From the NCBI GenBank assembly GCA_013265495.1, contig MU058650.1, forward strand, positions 523,394-587,393: a stretch of DNA of 64,000 nucleotides, written 5' to 3'. The translations under genes and the position numbers were made by a program. Each line of letters opens with the position of its first letter. Positions within the stretch are counted from its first letter, which is position 1. Under the pieces are notes generated by a model, which was not told where the DNA came from, made no database searches, and worked only from the letters and a program-made list of their open reading frames with translations. The stretch is from Vicugna vicugna (Eukaryota). Below are positions 1-12,500 of this stretch, in pieces.

Positions 1-408
1 AGGAATCTCCAGTGTCTGAATGTAACCTTTTGCTCATTATGCCCTCATTTCAATAAAATTAGCCTTGCAGATCAGAAGTACCCAGCATGCACTGACACCA
101 TGACACTTCTGATTCAGTCTAAACAAGGACAAAAATCCCACCTTCCCTCAGGAAGGTGGAGTTGGGATGAAAATCAGGGAATATGATCTCAAACCCTTCC
201 CTCCCCGATGGAATATTCCACCCATTCGTTTTTACACCCTGTGTAACTCACTTGCCAGAGAAACTCAGGGCAGCTGCTCACCTGAGCCTGCCCGCGTTCC
301 CCTTGAGAGTGTGCTGTCCATCCCTTAGTGAGTCCCCACTTTACTTTCTTAACCTCCATGTCTCTGAATTCTTTCTGGGACGGGACAAGAACCTAGTCAC
401 CAGCAACA
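1..408 (+). mobile_element. ERV LTR, 3' part (truncated by the window edge)
   Basis: LTR-like U3/R/U5 composition ending ...GGACAAGAACCTAGTCACCAGCAACA (terminal CA at 407-408). Confidence 0.65.
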
Positions 409-509
409 CCCACGCATATACATAGTTGAATTCATAATGTAATCATGTATACAAAGCAGTTGGTGTTTGGCTTTTTCCTTTTGCGTAATAGTTCATGGAG
501 TATGTGAAG

Positions 510-985
510 CTGTCAGCTCTGGACTGAGTCTTGCTCTGGGAATGGCCTTCAGTTGAAGGGAACTGCCTGGCCCAAAGTCCTGTCCCCTCCTCAGGGCAGC
601 CTGCATCCACATACGGTTAGTCTGGGAGGTGGTGAGCTGTGACACAAAGGCAAAGCATCCTTGCCTCAGCAGGGGGCAATCCTGAAGACATCGGCTGAGA
701 CATCTGTTGTGACTGCAACTATGTGTAACAGTTCAACTTCTCTCTTTCTCTCATTCTGCTTTCTTCACATCCTCACAGGGAAACAGTGTTGTAAACCTAT
801 TCAGCAGTAAACACTTGCTATCTTTCATGACAAAGGATGACTCAGAGGGTGGAGCTATGAACCACAAAGGACTATTCTCAGGCCTTGAAATCTGCTGTGG
901 TTCGCCTGGTTGGGGCACTGATCGTGTTGCATTCCTGGGTACAAAGCTCCATCTGAGAGTCTGTTTCCTGGGGAAGCAGAGCTAT
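510..985 (+). mobile_element. Ancient ERVL-type LTR remnant (LTR16-like)
   Basis: Motifs GGGAATGGCCTTCAGTTGAAGGGAACTGCC and CTCCATCTGAGAGTCTGTTTCCTGGGGAA; resembles the reverse complement of 44320-44730. Family name from recall. Confidence 0.55.
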
Positions 986-3474
986 GATAACATTATGAAC
1001 ATTTTTCCCATGCTGTAGCATAATCTTTCCACATAGTTCTCAATGAAACAGCTGTTTAACATTCTTGGAAGCAGATTTATTGTATTTTAATTGGCCATTT
1101 CCTTAGAATTGGACTGTTGGTTGTTGTCAACATTTTGTCAGTATAAAGAGCATTCAATGAACAGCACCAAGCTATTTTTCATGTTTTTTTTTTCTTGTTT
1201 GGAGCTATTTCTTTAAAAAATCAGATAAAAATATGAAGGTTTTCAGTCTATTGAAATTAAGGGTTTATAGATTATAGCATTGTAAACGTCAGTCCAATAG
1301 TAAGATATTACCACCAGGATACTAAAGAATTGGGACAGATCATTTTATACATTATTGTGTCTTTTACCCACGCCTCAGAATAGGATGCTTGAGAGGCCCA
1401 AAAAGAAAAAGAGAACAGAATGGTCTATATTTAACTTCACAGCTACTTCTCCTGTACTTGGCTGAGTAAATCAAAATCTTCACAGTGCTAGCACCCAGTG
1501 TACAGCAAATATTTGTTGAATACATATATGTATAAATGAATAAATAATATTCAGTTTGCTTTAAATTTTAACTTAAATTCAAGAGGGCTCATTAATATAG
1601 AAACATAGAAAATGTAAGTAATGTAGAAAATATAGACTGGATACTGACAAGCCATTGGCTTTAAGTTCTTAAATTGTTTGCCTTCCAAAGCAAGAGTGAT
1701 GGTGGTGGTAACTAATAGCACATGTGGGTACACAGAAGCTACCAGAGGGACTAAAATGGAAGAATTAAGGAAGAATAAAATAAAGGAATAATTAATAAAA
1801 GTACTCAGAGTCAACCAGAAAACAGTAAGCAAAATTTATTATTGCAACAGGACACGTGCCACAAATTCCTGGAAAGAAGTGCTGGAGACCAGAAGATAGT
1901 AGTGAAAATCCAAGTCTTCAAATTTCAGGCAAACGAGGGCATGAGATATCTAGTGAGATGTACTGGCAGATCCTTTGGACATAACATAAGAATTATCCCC
2001 TGTTCTTGTCTCTTAAAATACCTCAACAAGAATCATTTCTCAAAACAGGCTGCCTCTTCGATGATCTGTGAGCACACTTCACTCATTCCAGCATGTACCC
2101 TGTCATTCACAGTGACTCTCCGAGAATCCCCCAAAGGGAGCAGCCCCCACTGCACAGGCATGAGCAGAGGGGACAAAGAGGAGGGGAATTCACTTCTCAG
2201 AAAGGACAGGGAGGAAAAAATACATCACGTGGGAGGCAGGGAACACCGAAATGAAAAGCAGAAAGGAAACTGCACCAAAGGCTCAGTTTATTCTCATAGA
2301 TGTATTAATACGTAAACCTAGGGCTACCTTTACCCAAAAGAGATATAAGACAAAAACGTCTGAATTTGGAGCTCTTCCTTTACCCGTAAACTTTTATCAC
2401 TTCCTCACCACTCTTTAAGTCCTAAAGAAAGCAAAAGGTTATACGGGAGATCTTTCTTAATATTTGAAAACAAACAAAAATGCATAATCCAAAAGGTCAA
2501 CCACATCCAGTACTTGACAGGGAAAAGATACTACAAAGCTGTAAGATCTTGAAGTCACACACAATGAAAGACCCAATATTCTTTTCAAACCACTTCTTTA
2601 GTACACCGCAGAAAAGAGCCAATTAAAAGTCAAAAAACATGCTGGCTTTTTTCTTCCCAGTCATTCCCAAGACTCGCAAGAATATTGCTGCTATTTCCTT
2701 TCCAGCTTCCAGAAGAATGTCAAAGGTCAACACAGCTTTTTTTTTTTTTTTTCCTATCCAACTAACAGTGAAATGGTTGGCCTGTTGGCCTAGAAGGCAG
2801 AGATATTTGAGAGGGTTTTTTTTTTTTGTCTTGTAACCATAGCAACCGCGTTCTAAGTGCAAACCTCACAATGTAGGCACAACCTGCTTTTTAAACAACA
2901 AGCCAAACTTAAATTCCGCTGTCTGCAGGACCTATACTACGGCGACACTTACTGCTGGTTTCCCTGTTTCACTCATCAGAACTATTCAAGGACTTGCATC
3001 AGCAAGAATGAAGGTTCACGAAGTCAAGCTCCTATGCGGTAATGCCAGGATCTACTCTAGCCCACAGATCCCTCCCGTTTGCCTAAAATTCATACTAAGG
3101 TGAAAGCAGGGACGTTGCTTTGTGTATACCACTATTAATGTGGATGTCTGCCTCCTACTAGCAACCAGACGCATCCCATCATGTAATTAAAAATTTTATC
3201 CCCCAGAAATCAGGATTGTGAGATCCACTACAGCACGGAAGTGTCTCTGTGAGTGAGCGCAGGGACCGAGGGAGTGGGGAAGGGAAGTTAGGGAAGAACT
3301 TAGACTTAAGACCTGAGGTGACGTCCGTCTATCTGCCTCGTATGTTTGCTTACGGGCTAAAGTTTTAAATTTGAGTGTAATTTACTTAAATCCCATTATT
3401 TCTATAAAACAATTAACATTGCAAAGAAGTACATAGATATGTATCTAAAATGAACACCATTTTAAAAATACTTT

Positions 3475-3970
3475 AAAGAAGATGTGGTATATTTATACAA
3501 TGGAATACTACTCAGCCATAAAAACCGACAACATAATGCCATTTGCAGCAACATGGATGCTCCTACAGAATGTCATTCTAAGTGAAGTAAGCCAGAAAGA
3601 GAAAGAAAAATACCATATGAGATCGCTCATATGTGGAATCTAAAAAACAAAAACAAAAACAAACAAACACACAAAAACAAAGCATAAATGCAGGACAGAA
3701 ATAGACTCATGGGCAGAGAATACAGACTTGTGGTTACCAGGGGGGTAGAGGGTGGGAAGGGATAGACTGGGATTTCAAAATTGTAGAATAGATAAACAAG
3801 ATTACACTGTATAGCACAGGGAAATATACACAAAATGTTATGATAACTCACAGAGAAAAAAATGTGACAATGAGTGTGTATATGTCCATGAATGAGTGAA
3901 AAATTGTGCTGAACACTGGAATTTGACACAACACTGTAAAATGATTATGAATCAATAAAAAATGTAAAAA
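3475..3970 (+). mobile_element. 5'-truncated, relatively young L1 (ORF2 end + 3'UTR + A tail)
   Basis: AAGAAGATGTGGTATATTTATACAATGGAATACTACTCAGCC..., AATAAA plus A tail. Perfect TSD AAAAATACTTT at 3464-3474 and 3971-3981 at a TT|AAAA site. Confidence 0.92.
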
Positions 3971-4819
3971 AAAAATACTTTCTCTATTCCAACAAGAGGG
4001 AGAATGAGTATCTAGCATGTGCTGGATGCTCCAACCTGTTACCAGTTTTAAAATCTGAGCAATGGTAATAATTTTAAATATATATAGTCTTTGTCACAGG
4101 GTTTTCCATCATTTTCTAAACAGTTTGCTTTAAAGTCCTATTAGCTCAGTTTAAAAACTAAACAGCTACATAGTGTGATGTTTCATTTCAGATGAAGATT
4201 CTGTTTAACCAGCTGTACAAGCGGCTATACAGAGACGCAGAAAGCACTGCTACTAAATACAGAAACACTTCCAGAGCACACTTTAATATTATCTGATGGC
4301 TAATGATGGACTGTGAAAAATAATTTACCCTGGGCATTTAAAATGTCAGGGAAGCAATTAAAAAATAAAAAAGATCAGAGTCTATAGAAAAGATTATGTC
4401 AATGATTGACAAGGATTTGAATTTAGAAAAAGATGTAATAATAGGAAAAGGATTAGAAGAAAGGAATGTGTCCCAGGATAGATTCTGCTCACTGTAATAT
4501 CAAGAAAATCAATAACTTAAGCAATAGAAGTAGTCAGTTTTATTGCTAAGTCAGATTATAAGGCCACAAAACTTGAGGAAAATGAACTCCATAAATGGGC
4601 TCCCATCTGGACACTGATTATATAGAATTTGATGCTTTCATGGACGATATTAGAAAAAGCAAAATATATGTAAGTATAAAAACAGACTACAAGCTCTTAA
4701 ACTCATTTGTGTTTCTTAGTTTAGTTTTGAATTTTTTTAAATTGGGGCTACAACCCAAGTAGAAAGGCAAAGTACCTTTGACTTACGATCTATTTTAAGT
4801 ATAATTTTATTCAATAGTT

Positions 4820-5124
4820 TTTAGAAATGTTTTATTTTGATATAATTTTAAACTTAGAGGAAAGTTGCAAGATTGGTACAAAAGCTTCTATATTCTTTTA
4901 TTAAGATTCACCAGCTAATTAAAAATGTACCCCATCTGCTTTCTCTCTCTCTCGCTCTCTCCCTCACACACACACACACCATCTGAGAGTAAGCAGCATG
5001 CATCATGTCCCTTTACCACTAAATACTGCAGCATGTATTTCCTGAGAATAAGGATGCTCCCTTACATGAACGCAGTAAAATTATAAAGACGAGGAAATTT
5101 AACGTTGGTACGATACTGTTACCT
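4820..5124 (-). mobile_element. Ancient L1 (L1MC/L1ME-type) 3' end, left part
   Basis: Typical antisense L1M 3'-end text (TTTTAAACTTAGAGGAAAGTTGCAAG..., AAATTTAACGTTGGTACGATACTGTTACCT); continues after the retrocopy. Confidence 0.7.
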
Positions 5125-5919
5125 CGCCTCCTCCCTGGGGCTCCTCTGAAGATGTCTCACTTCCCCCCGCCCATGAGGATCCACCTCTGGCTGCAGTCCA
5201 GTTGGTACTCAACCATCAAATGCTCAAGCTGGATTTGGTCACATCATCTCTTGACCCCCTTGGCCCCACCTCCCTCACCAATCTCTATTTCCCACGTCTG
5301 GGATGCCTTCAATTCAGAAGACCCCTCATTACATCCCTCTTGCTCTTGTGTTATTCATCCACCCATGTGTCAAGACGTCCATCCATCTTTGTCCGCATCT
5401 GGCCACCTGGCCTCACTAGCTAGATGGGTACCCCTACCATCAACTTGGCTAACCTGTCATAGCAGCCTGTGCCCGGCCTCCACCTCACTACACACATTCC
5501 TACGAAGGGGCCCTGAGCCCACAGTGTGAGGGGCAGCAGGAATCTCCCCCTCCAACCTGTGTATCCCCCCAACACAGTACTGGACCCCCCGTCCCTCCCC
5601 TGAGCCACTGTACATCAGAGCATCACCCCCACACACTCTGCCCATCTCTTTTTGTCTCGCTGTGATAGATAAGTAAGTATTTTACACTTTGCCCTGGATA
5701 TTTGGGGACTGTTTTTGATTGCTGATGTTTTCTTTTGGTTTAATTTTTGTGGTTTATTGAATAAATACTTTTTTTGATCTGGGGAGACACAACCCCAGTA
5801 GAAAATTCACTTTAATGACTTTGGTATAACTCTGGATGAAACACACATGTTTTTTAAAGTAAGAGAAGAGAATTAACTGCTTCAGAAAAGAGTAACAAAT
5901 GAAAACCTTTTAAAGAAAA
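5125..5919 (+). pseudogene. ELN: 5'-truncated retrocopy of the elastin mRNA 3'UTR
   Basis: Colinear blocks match the mammalian ELN 3'UTR as I recall it: CTGGGGCTCCTCTGAAGATG; TCCAGTTGGTAC; CACTAGCTAGATGGGT..CCATCAAC..ACCTGTCAT; TGTCTCGCTGTGATAGAT; CCTGGATATTTGGGGA; CCCCAGTAGAAAA; TATAACTCTGGATGAAACACAC; AGAGAATTAACTGCTTCAGAAA..AAATGAAAACCTTTTAAAG, then a short A-run. It interrupts an older L1. Confidence 0.82.
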
Positions 5920-6080
5920 AATACCACAGTCCTTATTCAAATTTATCTTACTGTCCCAATAATATTCTTTACAGCTCCTTTTTTTTTCTAGTTCAGGATT
6001 CAATACAGGATCATCCATTGCACTTATTCGTCTTGTGTCTTTAGTTTTCCTTCCTCTAAAACAGTTTCCTCAATCTCAGT
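5920..6080 (-). mobile_element. Ancient L1 (L1MC/L1ME-type) 3' end, right part
   Basis: CACAGTCCTTATTCAAATTT..TGTCCCAATAAT..CAGGATTCAATACAGGATCA..TTGCA resumes the element broken at 5124. Confidence 0.7.
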
Positions 6081-6222
6081 CTTTCAAACAGTATTTTTCA
6101 GATCCCTACCCTTCCAGGCCCTCTGCCTTGCTGGTGTTGTTACAAAGGATTGAACATGGTATGCAACCACTAGGTACTCACAGTCAAATTGAAGAGAAAG
6201 ATATGTAGACAAACAGGAAAAG

Positions 6223-6736
6223 TGTAACAAAAGAACAAATCTGACTCCATATTAGATCTGCTCCTTTGGCTTTAACCCTGTGCCCTGTTTTCTAGGCTCA
6301 GTCTTGCTCGCTCTTCACCTTTCTCAAAGGAATGTTGCCTTTAATCTGAAATATACTGGAGAGCCTGTTCTCAAGGCCCTGACCTTTAAGGATATTAACA
6401 CTTTTGCACTCTTATAAAAATAACAAGTTGCAGAATAGAAAATAACATTTGTTTTGTTAGAGGTTCATAGGGGCACCATGACCTGACCCACCTGGACAGC
6501 TACAAGAACAATTTCTACAGCAAGAAGTTTGCACCAACCAACCACATCCCTTCCCTTTTTTAGTATAAAAGGAGCCCGAATTCTGACGAGTTAAGATGGT
6601 TCTCCAAGACATTAGTCTGCTACCTTCTTGGTCTGCTGGCTTTCTGAATAAAGTCACTATTCGTTGCCCCAGCACCTCGTCTCCCGAATTATTGACCTGT
6701 CTTGCGGCAACCAGAACAAGTTTCAACTTGGTAACA
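6223..6736 (+). mobile_element. Solo LTR, ERV1-type family copy 1
   Basis: TGTAAC...GTAACA termini, TATAAAA 6564, AATAAA 6647, TSD AAAG/AAAA; end-to-end homology with 47123-47624 and 54267-54787. Confidence 0.92.
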
Positions 6737-9589
6737 AAAACACATGAAATGTACTATGATAGAAGTATAAGCTAGATTCTACTCATTTTTATCAGCTCAA
6801 AACTCTTCCTCTCTGGATTCTTTTTTTTTTTTTTCTATTTCCCACTTGGAAATAGGAAAATTCTATTGTCAGAATCATCATTGGTAAAATTGATTTATAA
6901 AATAACTTTTAATTCAAGAACTTGAAGTAATACACTACTACACAAGAGCACACAGTAAACCTGTGTACACACACACAACATGCACACACACAGGTTCTTT
7001 TTGTTTGGTTTTGTTTCATTTTTTTAAGAAACAGATGGTTCTTCTAACTGGAAGATGTGTTACAATTACCGTTTATTTTCAGAAACAGAAAAATTGGTCA
7101 TGGTGAAAAGAATTGTGCTCTTTTTCAGAAGCTGGAGAAAGTATATTCAAATTCAACCTCAATCATTTATTAGCTAAGTGATCTTGGGTAAGTCACTTAC
7201 AATCTGGGCCTTAATAATTACTTCATCTATAAAATCTGATAGTAATATTCAACTGTAGAGTTTAATGAGTCACAAAATAATATACGGGAAAGTTTTTCAT
7301 ACAAAGTAAAGCACTGTGTAATTTACATACATATGTACATGTATTACAAGTGTGTACAGCTACATGTTTGTATCTGTAGACGTGTTTATATGTGTATACG
7401 AGTCTGTATGTACATGTGGGGACAGAGATAGAATGAGATTGAGAAAAAGCTTAAGGATGCATTAGATTTGCTTTTTTTTTTCTGACAGGTCCACCGTCTT
7501 ACAACTTAGAAGAGTTTTGAATCGCAAATTTTTCAGTCTGTGTGTGGGTGGGGCTTCCACTTCTCTTGGGATGGTTGTCATCCAGTGGCCACACGAGGCA
7601 GCATTCCACTGTGTCCCCTAAGTAAAGAAGCTATGCCTCATGTCATGTGGCCTTTCCAGGAGCTTCTAAACTGTCAGTGCTAGGAGGGCAGAGGTTAGGA
7701 ACAGCACAGGCCTGGGTACGTAGAGGATACTCAACAAATATCTGTGGAATGGTGAACACCAGCTGGGACCTTTTTTAACCCAAAATACTATGACACAACA
7801 TCACTGCCTCCTTGTAGAGGCAGTTGCTACTCAGACAACAGTGGGGAAACCAGAACTTACATCAACCTCAACAGTACAGTAAATGGTGTGTTTTAAAAAA
7901 AAATCATTCCTAGAGCTTTGCATCAACATAAACACTACAGTCATGTAGAAATCCTATTAGAATTGCTTAAGTGAATTTTAAAATGATTAACATTTAATTA
8001 TGTAAGCCCATCCCTACTCTTTTTTACATTCCATTGCCTTATTGTACTTCACAGCCCATCATTCTGACATTATCGTTTTTCTTATTTGTGGTTTTGGTGT
8101 TGGTGGTGGTGTCTGATTCTGCACTCTCTGTTTTTCTCCCCGCTAGTCATCAGCACCTATAAGACGAACTGAAAAAGTAGATACTCAATAAATATTTGTA
8201 CTGATGGAACAAAATGCTTGAAAACTGTTTCTTTAATAAGACATACATTCTGTATAATATTATACATACATATCACTGGATTAATAAACCTTTTCCTGCA
8301 GTTAATACAACAATAAATTTTAGCCCAGCTAAAGACCTGGTGATCATTTAGAACCTTTAAAAAGGTTTTATAGATTTGGAACAAGTTAGAGTCTCCTGCT
8401 TACTAATTTTGCCATCTAAAAAATTAAGCTTAAATAAGGCACAAAAGCAAAAAGGTGATGACAAAGTAAGAGGAGCAAACTTTTAAATGCTTGGCAGATT
8501 TTCATTGTTCTTTTTTATTGATATAAAGGATTAAGAATCAGAATAATGAAAAAGAAATGGTATATAAACAAACAAAAACAGAGCTAAGTGAAAAACAGTC
8601 CTAAGCACCTAGAAGTGAGTAAAGGGGTAAAAGGGTCAGAATGTTGTTGGAAGTACACAGAATCAGTAAAAACAGAATGAAAAGTAGAAAAACAATGGCA
8701 ATCAGAAGTATTTTCACTCAAAATTTTTCTGCACACTAATCACTCAGTGGAGTAACTCACAAAGATCAGGATCATTTGTCAGTGCTCTGCTTTTTCACTG
8801 GCTAAATCCCTCTTGATCTCTCCTTTGAAAAGACCCTAAAATGACTCTATTTTATGAAAGCTCACAGAGCAAAAACTTCCCTTTCCCACAGCAGCTGCAC
8901 CCTCACTCTGCTGCCCACTCTGTTTCCCCCGTAGGCTAAATTTTTCCTCTGGTGATTAATAGGACTTCTGGTCCTAGGAGTGGTAGAGAGAAAAAATGTT
9001 ACTAAACCCAGCATTTTACTAAAGCTATGTGTGACCCACTATTCCTGACACTGGTTAAACAACAACCCACCACACATCTGTGCAAAGTTAGTGACTCTGG
9101 ATGAGAAAGGGAGAGACTGACCCAGAACTAGTATGCCCACTTGTGCAGAGACAGGAGAAAATCAGAGGAAAAAAAATGTGGTATCATAAATGTAGGGTAC
9201 AGACAGTGGCAGTCTAAGCCAGCAGTCCTCAGCAGTAAGGAGACTTGGCAAAGAGATAAAGAAAAGCCAAAACAAAGGCATGACTAGAGCACACAGCACG
9301 CAGCAGGAGTCGTTCAGCCTGTATCCAGAAGACAAGGCAGTGAAGAGAAGCAGGGCTCCAGTTCCCGTTTAGGGTTCAGAAGCAGAACTTAAAGTCCTAA
9401 AAAGAAGTGAAGTCAGTGAAAAGAACATGTTGGTGTACAAGGAAGCAACCCTCTCTCAGAAATAAGACAGCGAAACCCAGGTTCTAGAACCTCTAGTATC
9501 AGAAAGTATGGCTTGGTACCAAATTCCCTAAGAATTAAACTCGAGCTTCCTAGGCATCCTCGCCGAAGAGCCAGGTTAGCTTTGGAATT

Positions 9590-12500
9590 AAGGTGTCAAG
9601 CCATGCCCTGGTCACCAGAGCTATCTACTCTAGGGTACCCTCTATGTGGGCAGCATAGGTTCTTCTGCTGTGGCAGGCTGACTGCGATGGGTAGTCTGGG
9701 AGGCATGGTTGGCCCTTGGTCAGGGTGTTTTGGCCAGAACAACCACAGATGAAAAACACTTGAACCTACCAGGAAAGATCTCCTACAACTAAAGACATAA
9801 AGAACCACAAAAAGACAAGTAGGAAGGGTGGACTCAAGATATAATCAAATCCCATACCTCCTGGGTGAGAGACTCATTTAAACTGGAGAATAATTATACT
9901 GCAGAGGTTCTATACAGGAGTGAGAGCACTGAACCCCACATTGGGCTCCCCGGCCCAGGGGGTCCAACCTGAGGAAGAGGAGCCCCCAGAGCATTTGGTT
10001 TTGAAAGCAAGGGGGGAATAACTGTAGGAACTCCACAGGGCTGGGAGAAATAGACTTCCCTCTTGAAGAACACACACAAATTCTCCTGGGACCAGATCTA
10101 CCTGTGGGTCTTGGAGGGTCTCGGGTGGGTAGCTGTGGCTCACCCTGGGGACACAGACACTGGTGGCAGACCTATTAGGGAGTATTCCTCTGTATGAACT
10201 CCCCTGGAGGCTGACATCTTGCTTGGGTCATAGGCACCAAGACCTGGCCCCACCTAACACCTTGTAGGCTCCAGTGCTGGGATGCCTCAGGACAAACAAC
10301 TAACTGGGAGGAAACACAGCACCCCAAACATACACACACACACAGCAGACAAGCTGCCTAAAGACTTCCTAAGCTCACAGCTGCCTCTTGACATGCCCCT
10401 AGATGCAGCCCTTCCCACCAGAGGGCAAAGACCCAGCTCAACCCACCACTGGGCAGGCACTGGCCCCTCCCACCAGACAGCCTGCACAGTCCCCTAGAAC
10501 AGTCTCACCCACTAGGGGCAAACAACAAAATCCAGACTACTATGATCCCACAGCCTGCAGAATGACTCCACATATGCAGGCCAGTCCCTATCCTGGGACC
10601 AGCTGGAGACTGGCCCAAGGGTGACAAGAAAAGAGTGCACTGCTAGGATGCACAGGACATCTCCTAGAGAGGACCCCTTCTCCAAGGTCAAGAAACAAAA
10701 CCAAACTACCACATACATGAATATACAAATACAGATTTAGACAAAATGAGGCAGCAGAGGAATATGTTCCAGATAAAGGACCAAGATAAAATCCCAGAAG
10801 AAAAACTGACATACAGAGAGACAACCTCATGGAGACAGGCCATCTACCTGAGAAAGAGTTCAGAGTAATGATGGTAAAGATGAACAAAGAAAGAACTTGG
10901 GAGGAGAATGGATGCATAGAGTGAGAAGTTAGAAGTTTTTAACAAAGAGTTAGGAAATATGAAGAACAACCAAACAGAGCTGAAAATTCAATAACTGAAA
11001 TAAAAAATACACCAAAATGAATCATACTAGATTAAATGATGCAAAAAAACAGGTCAGGGAGCTGGATGACAAGAGTGGTGGAAATCACTACCATAAACAG
11101 AAAAAAAGAATGAAAAGAAATGAGTACCATTTAAGGAACCTCTGGGACAACAACAAAAACCCTAATATTCATATTACAGGGTTCCCAAAAGGAGCAGAGA
11201 GAGAGAAAGGGCCTGAGAACATACTCAAAGAGATCATAGCAGAAAACTTCCCTAACTGGGGGAAGGAAACAGTCAACCAAGAACAGGAAGCACAGAGAGT
11301 CCCACACAGGATTAACCCAAAGAGGAACACACCAAGATACATTATAATCAAAATCACAAGATTCAAAGATAAAGAGAGAATATTAAAAGCAATAAGGGAA
11401 AAGCAACAAATAACATACAAGGGAACTCCCATAAGACTTTCAGCTGATTTTTCAGCAGAAACTCTGCAGGCCAGAAGGGAGTGGCACAATATATTTAAAG
11501 TGATGAAAGGGAAAAATCTCTACCCAGCAAATCTCTCATTTCTGATTTGATGGAGAAATAAAAGGCTTCACAGACAAGCAAAAGCTAACAGAATTCAACA
11601 TCACCAAACCAACTTTGGAACAAATGTTAAAGGAACTTCTACAAGCAGAAAAGAAAAGGCCACAACTAGAAAGAAAAACATTACAAAATGGAAAAGCTCA
11701 CCAGTAAAGGCAAACATACAGTGAAGGTACGAAACCATCCACACACAAACCAGTCAGGAGGTTAAAAGACAAAAGTAGTGAAATTATCTGTATCCACAAT
11801 AAGCAGATAAGGGATACACAGAACAATTAGACGTAAAATATGATATCAAAACAGTAATCATAAAAAGAGAGTACAAATGCAGGGTTATTAAAATGCCTTT
11901 GAAATTAAGAAATCAGTAACTTAAAGCAATCATATATATCATAGTGTAACTAAAGAAAAAAGAACAAACAAAACCCAAAGTTAGTAGAAGGAAAGAAATC
12001 ATAAGAAATAAATGAAATAGAGACTAAGAAACAATAGAAGAGATTAATTAAACTAAAAGTTAATTCTTTGAAAAGATAAACAAAATTGATAAAACTTTAG
12101 CCAGACTCATTAAGAAAAAAAGGGAGAGGGCTTAAATCAATGAAATCAGAAATGAAAAAGGAGAAGTTGCAACCAGCACCACAGAAACACACAGGATCAT
12201 AAGAGGTCACTATGAGCAACTGTGTGCCAATAGAATGGACAACCTAGAAGAAATGGACAAATTCTTAGAAAGGCACAACCCACAAGACTGAGCCAGGAAG
12301 AAATAGAAAATATGAATAGATCAATAACCAGTACTGAAATTGAATCATAATTTTAAAACTACCAACAATCAAAAGTCCAGGACCAGATGGCTTCACAGGA
12401 GAATGCTACCAAACATTTAGAAAAGCATGAATGCCTTTCCTTCTGAAACTATTCCAAAAAACTGCATAGAAGCGAACACTTCTGAACTCACTGTGTAAGG

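Noticed and set aside
780..915. Possible foreign (MaLR-internal-like) piece inside the LTR16-like remnant
   Set aside because: Too diverged to support by eye; needs RepeatMasker.
1842..2315. 157-aa ORF on the + strand
   Set aside because: Non-ATG start, no recognisable homology, ordinary intronic composition.
5152..5529. 125-aa ORF within the ELN-like insert
   Set aside because: Derived from 3'UTR sequence; no elastin coding motifs (VPG or KAA repeats) and no coding signature.
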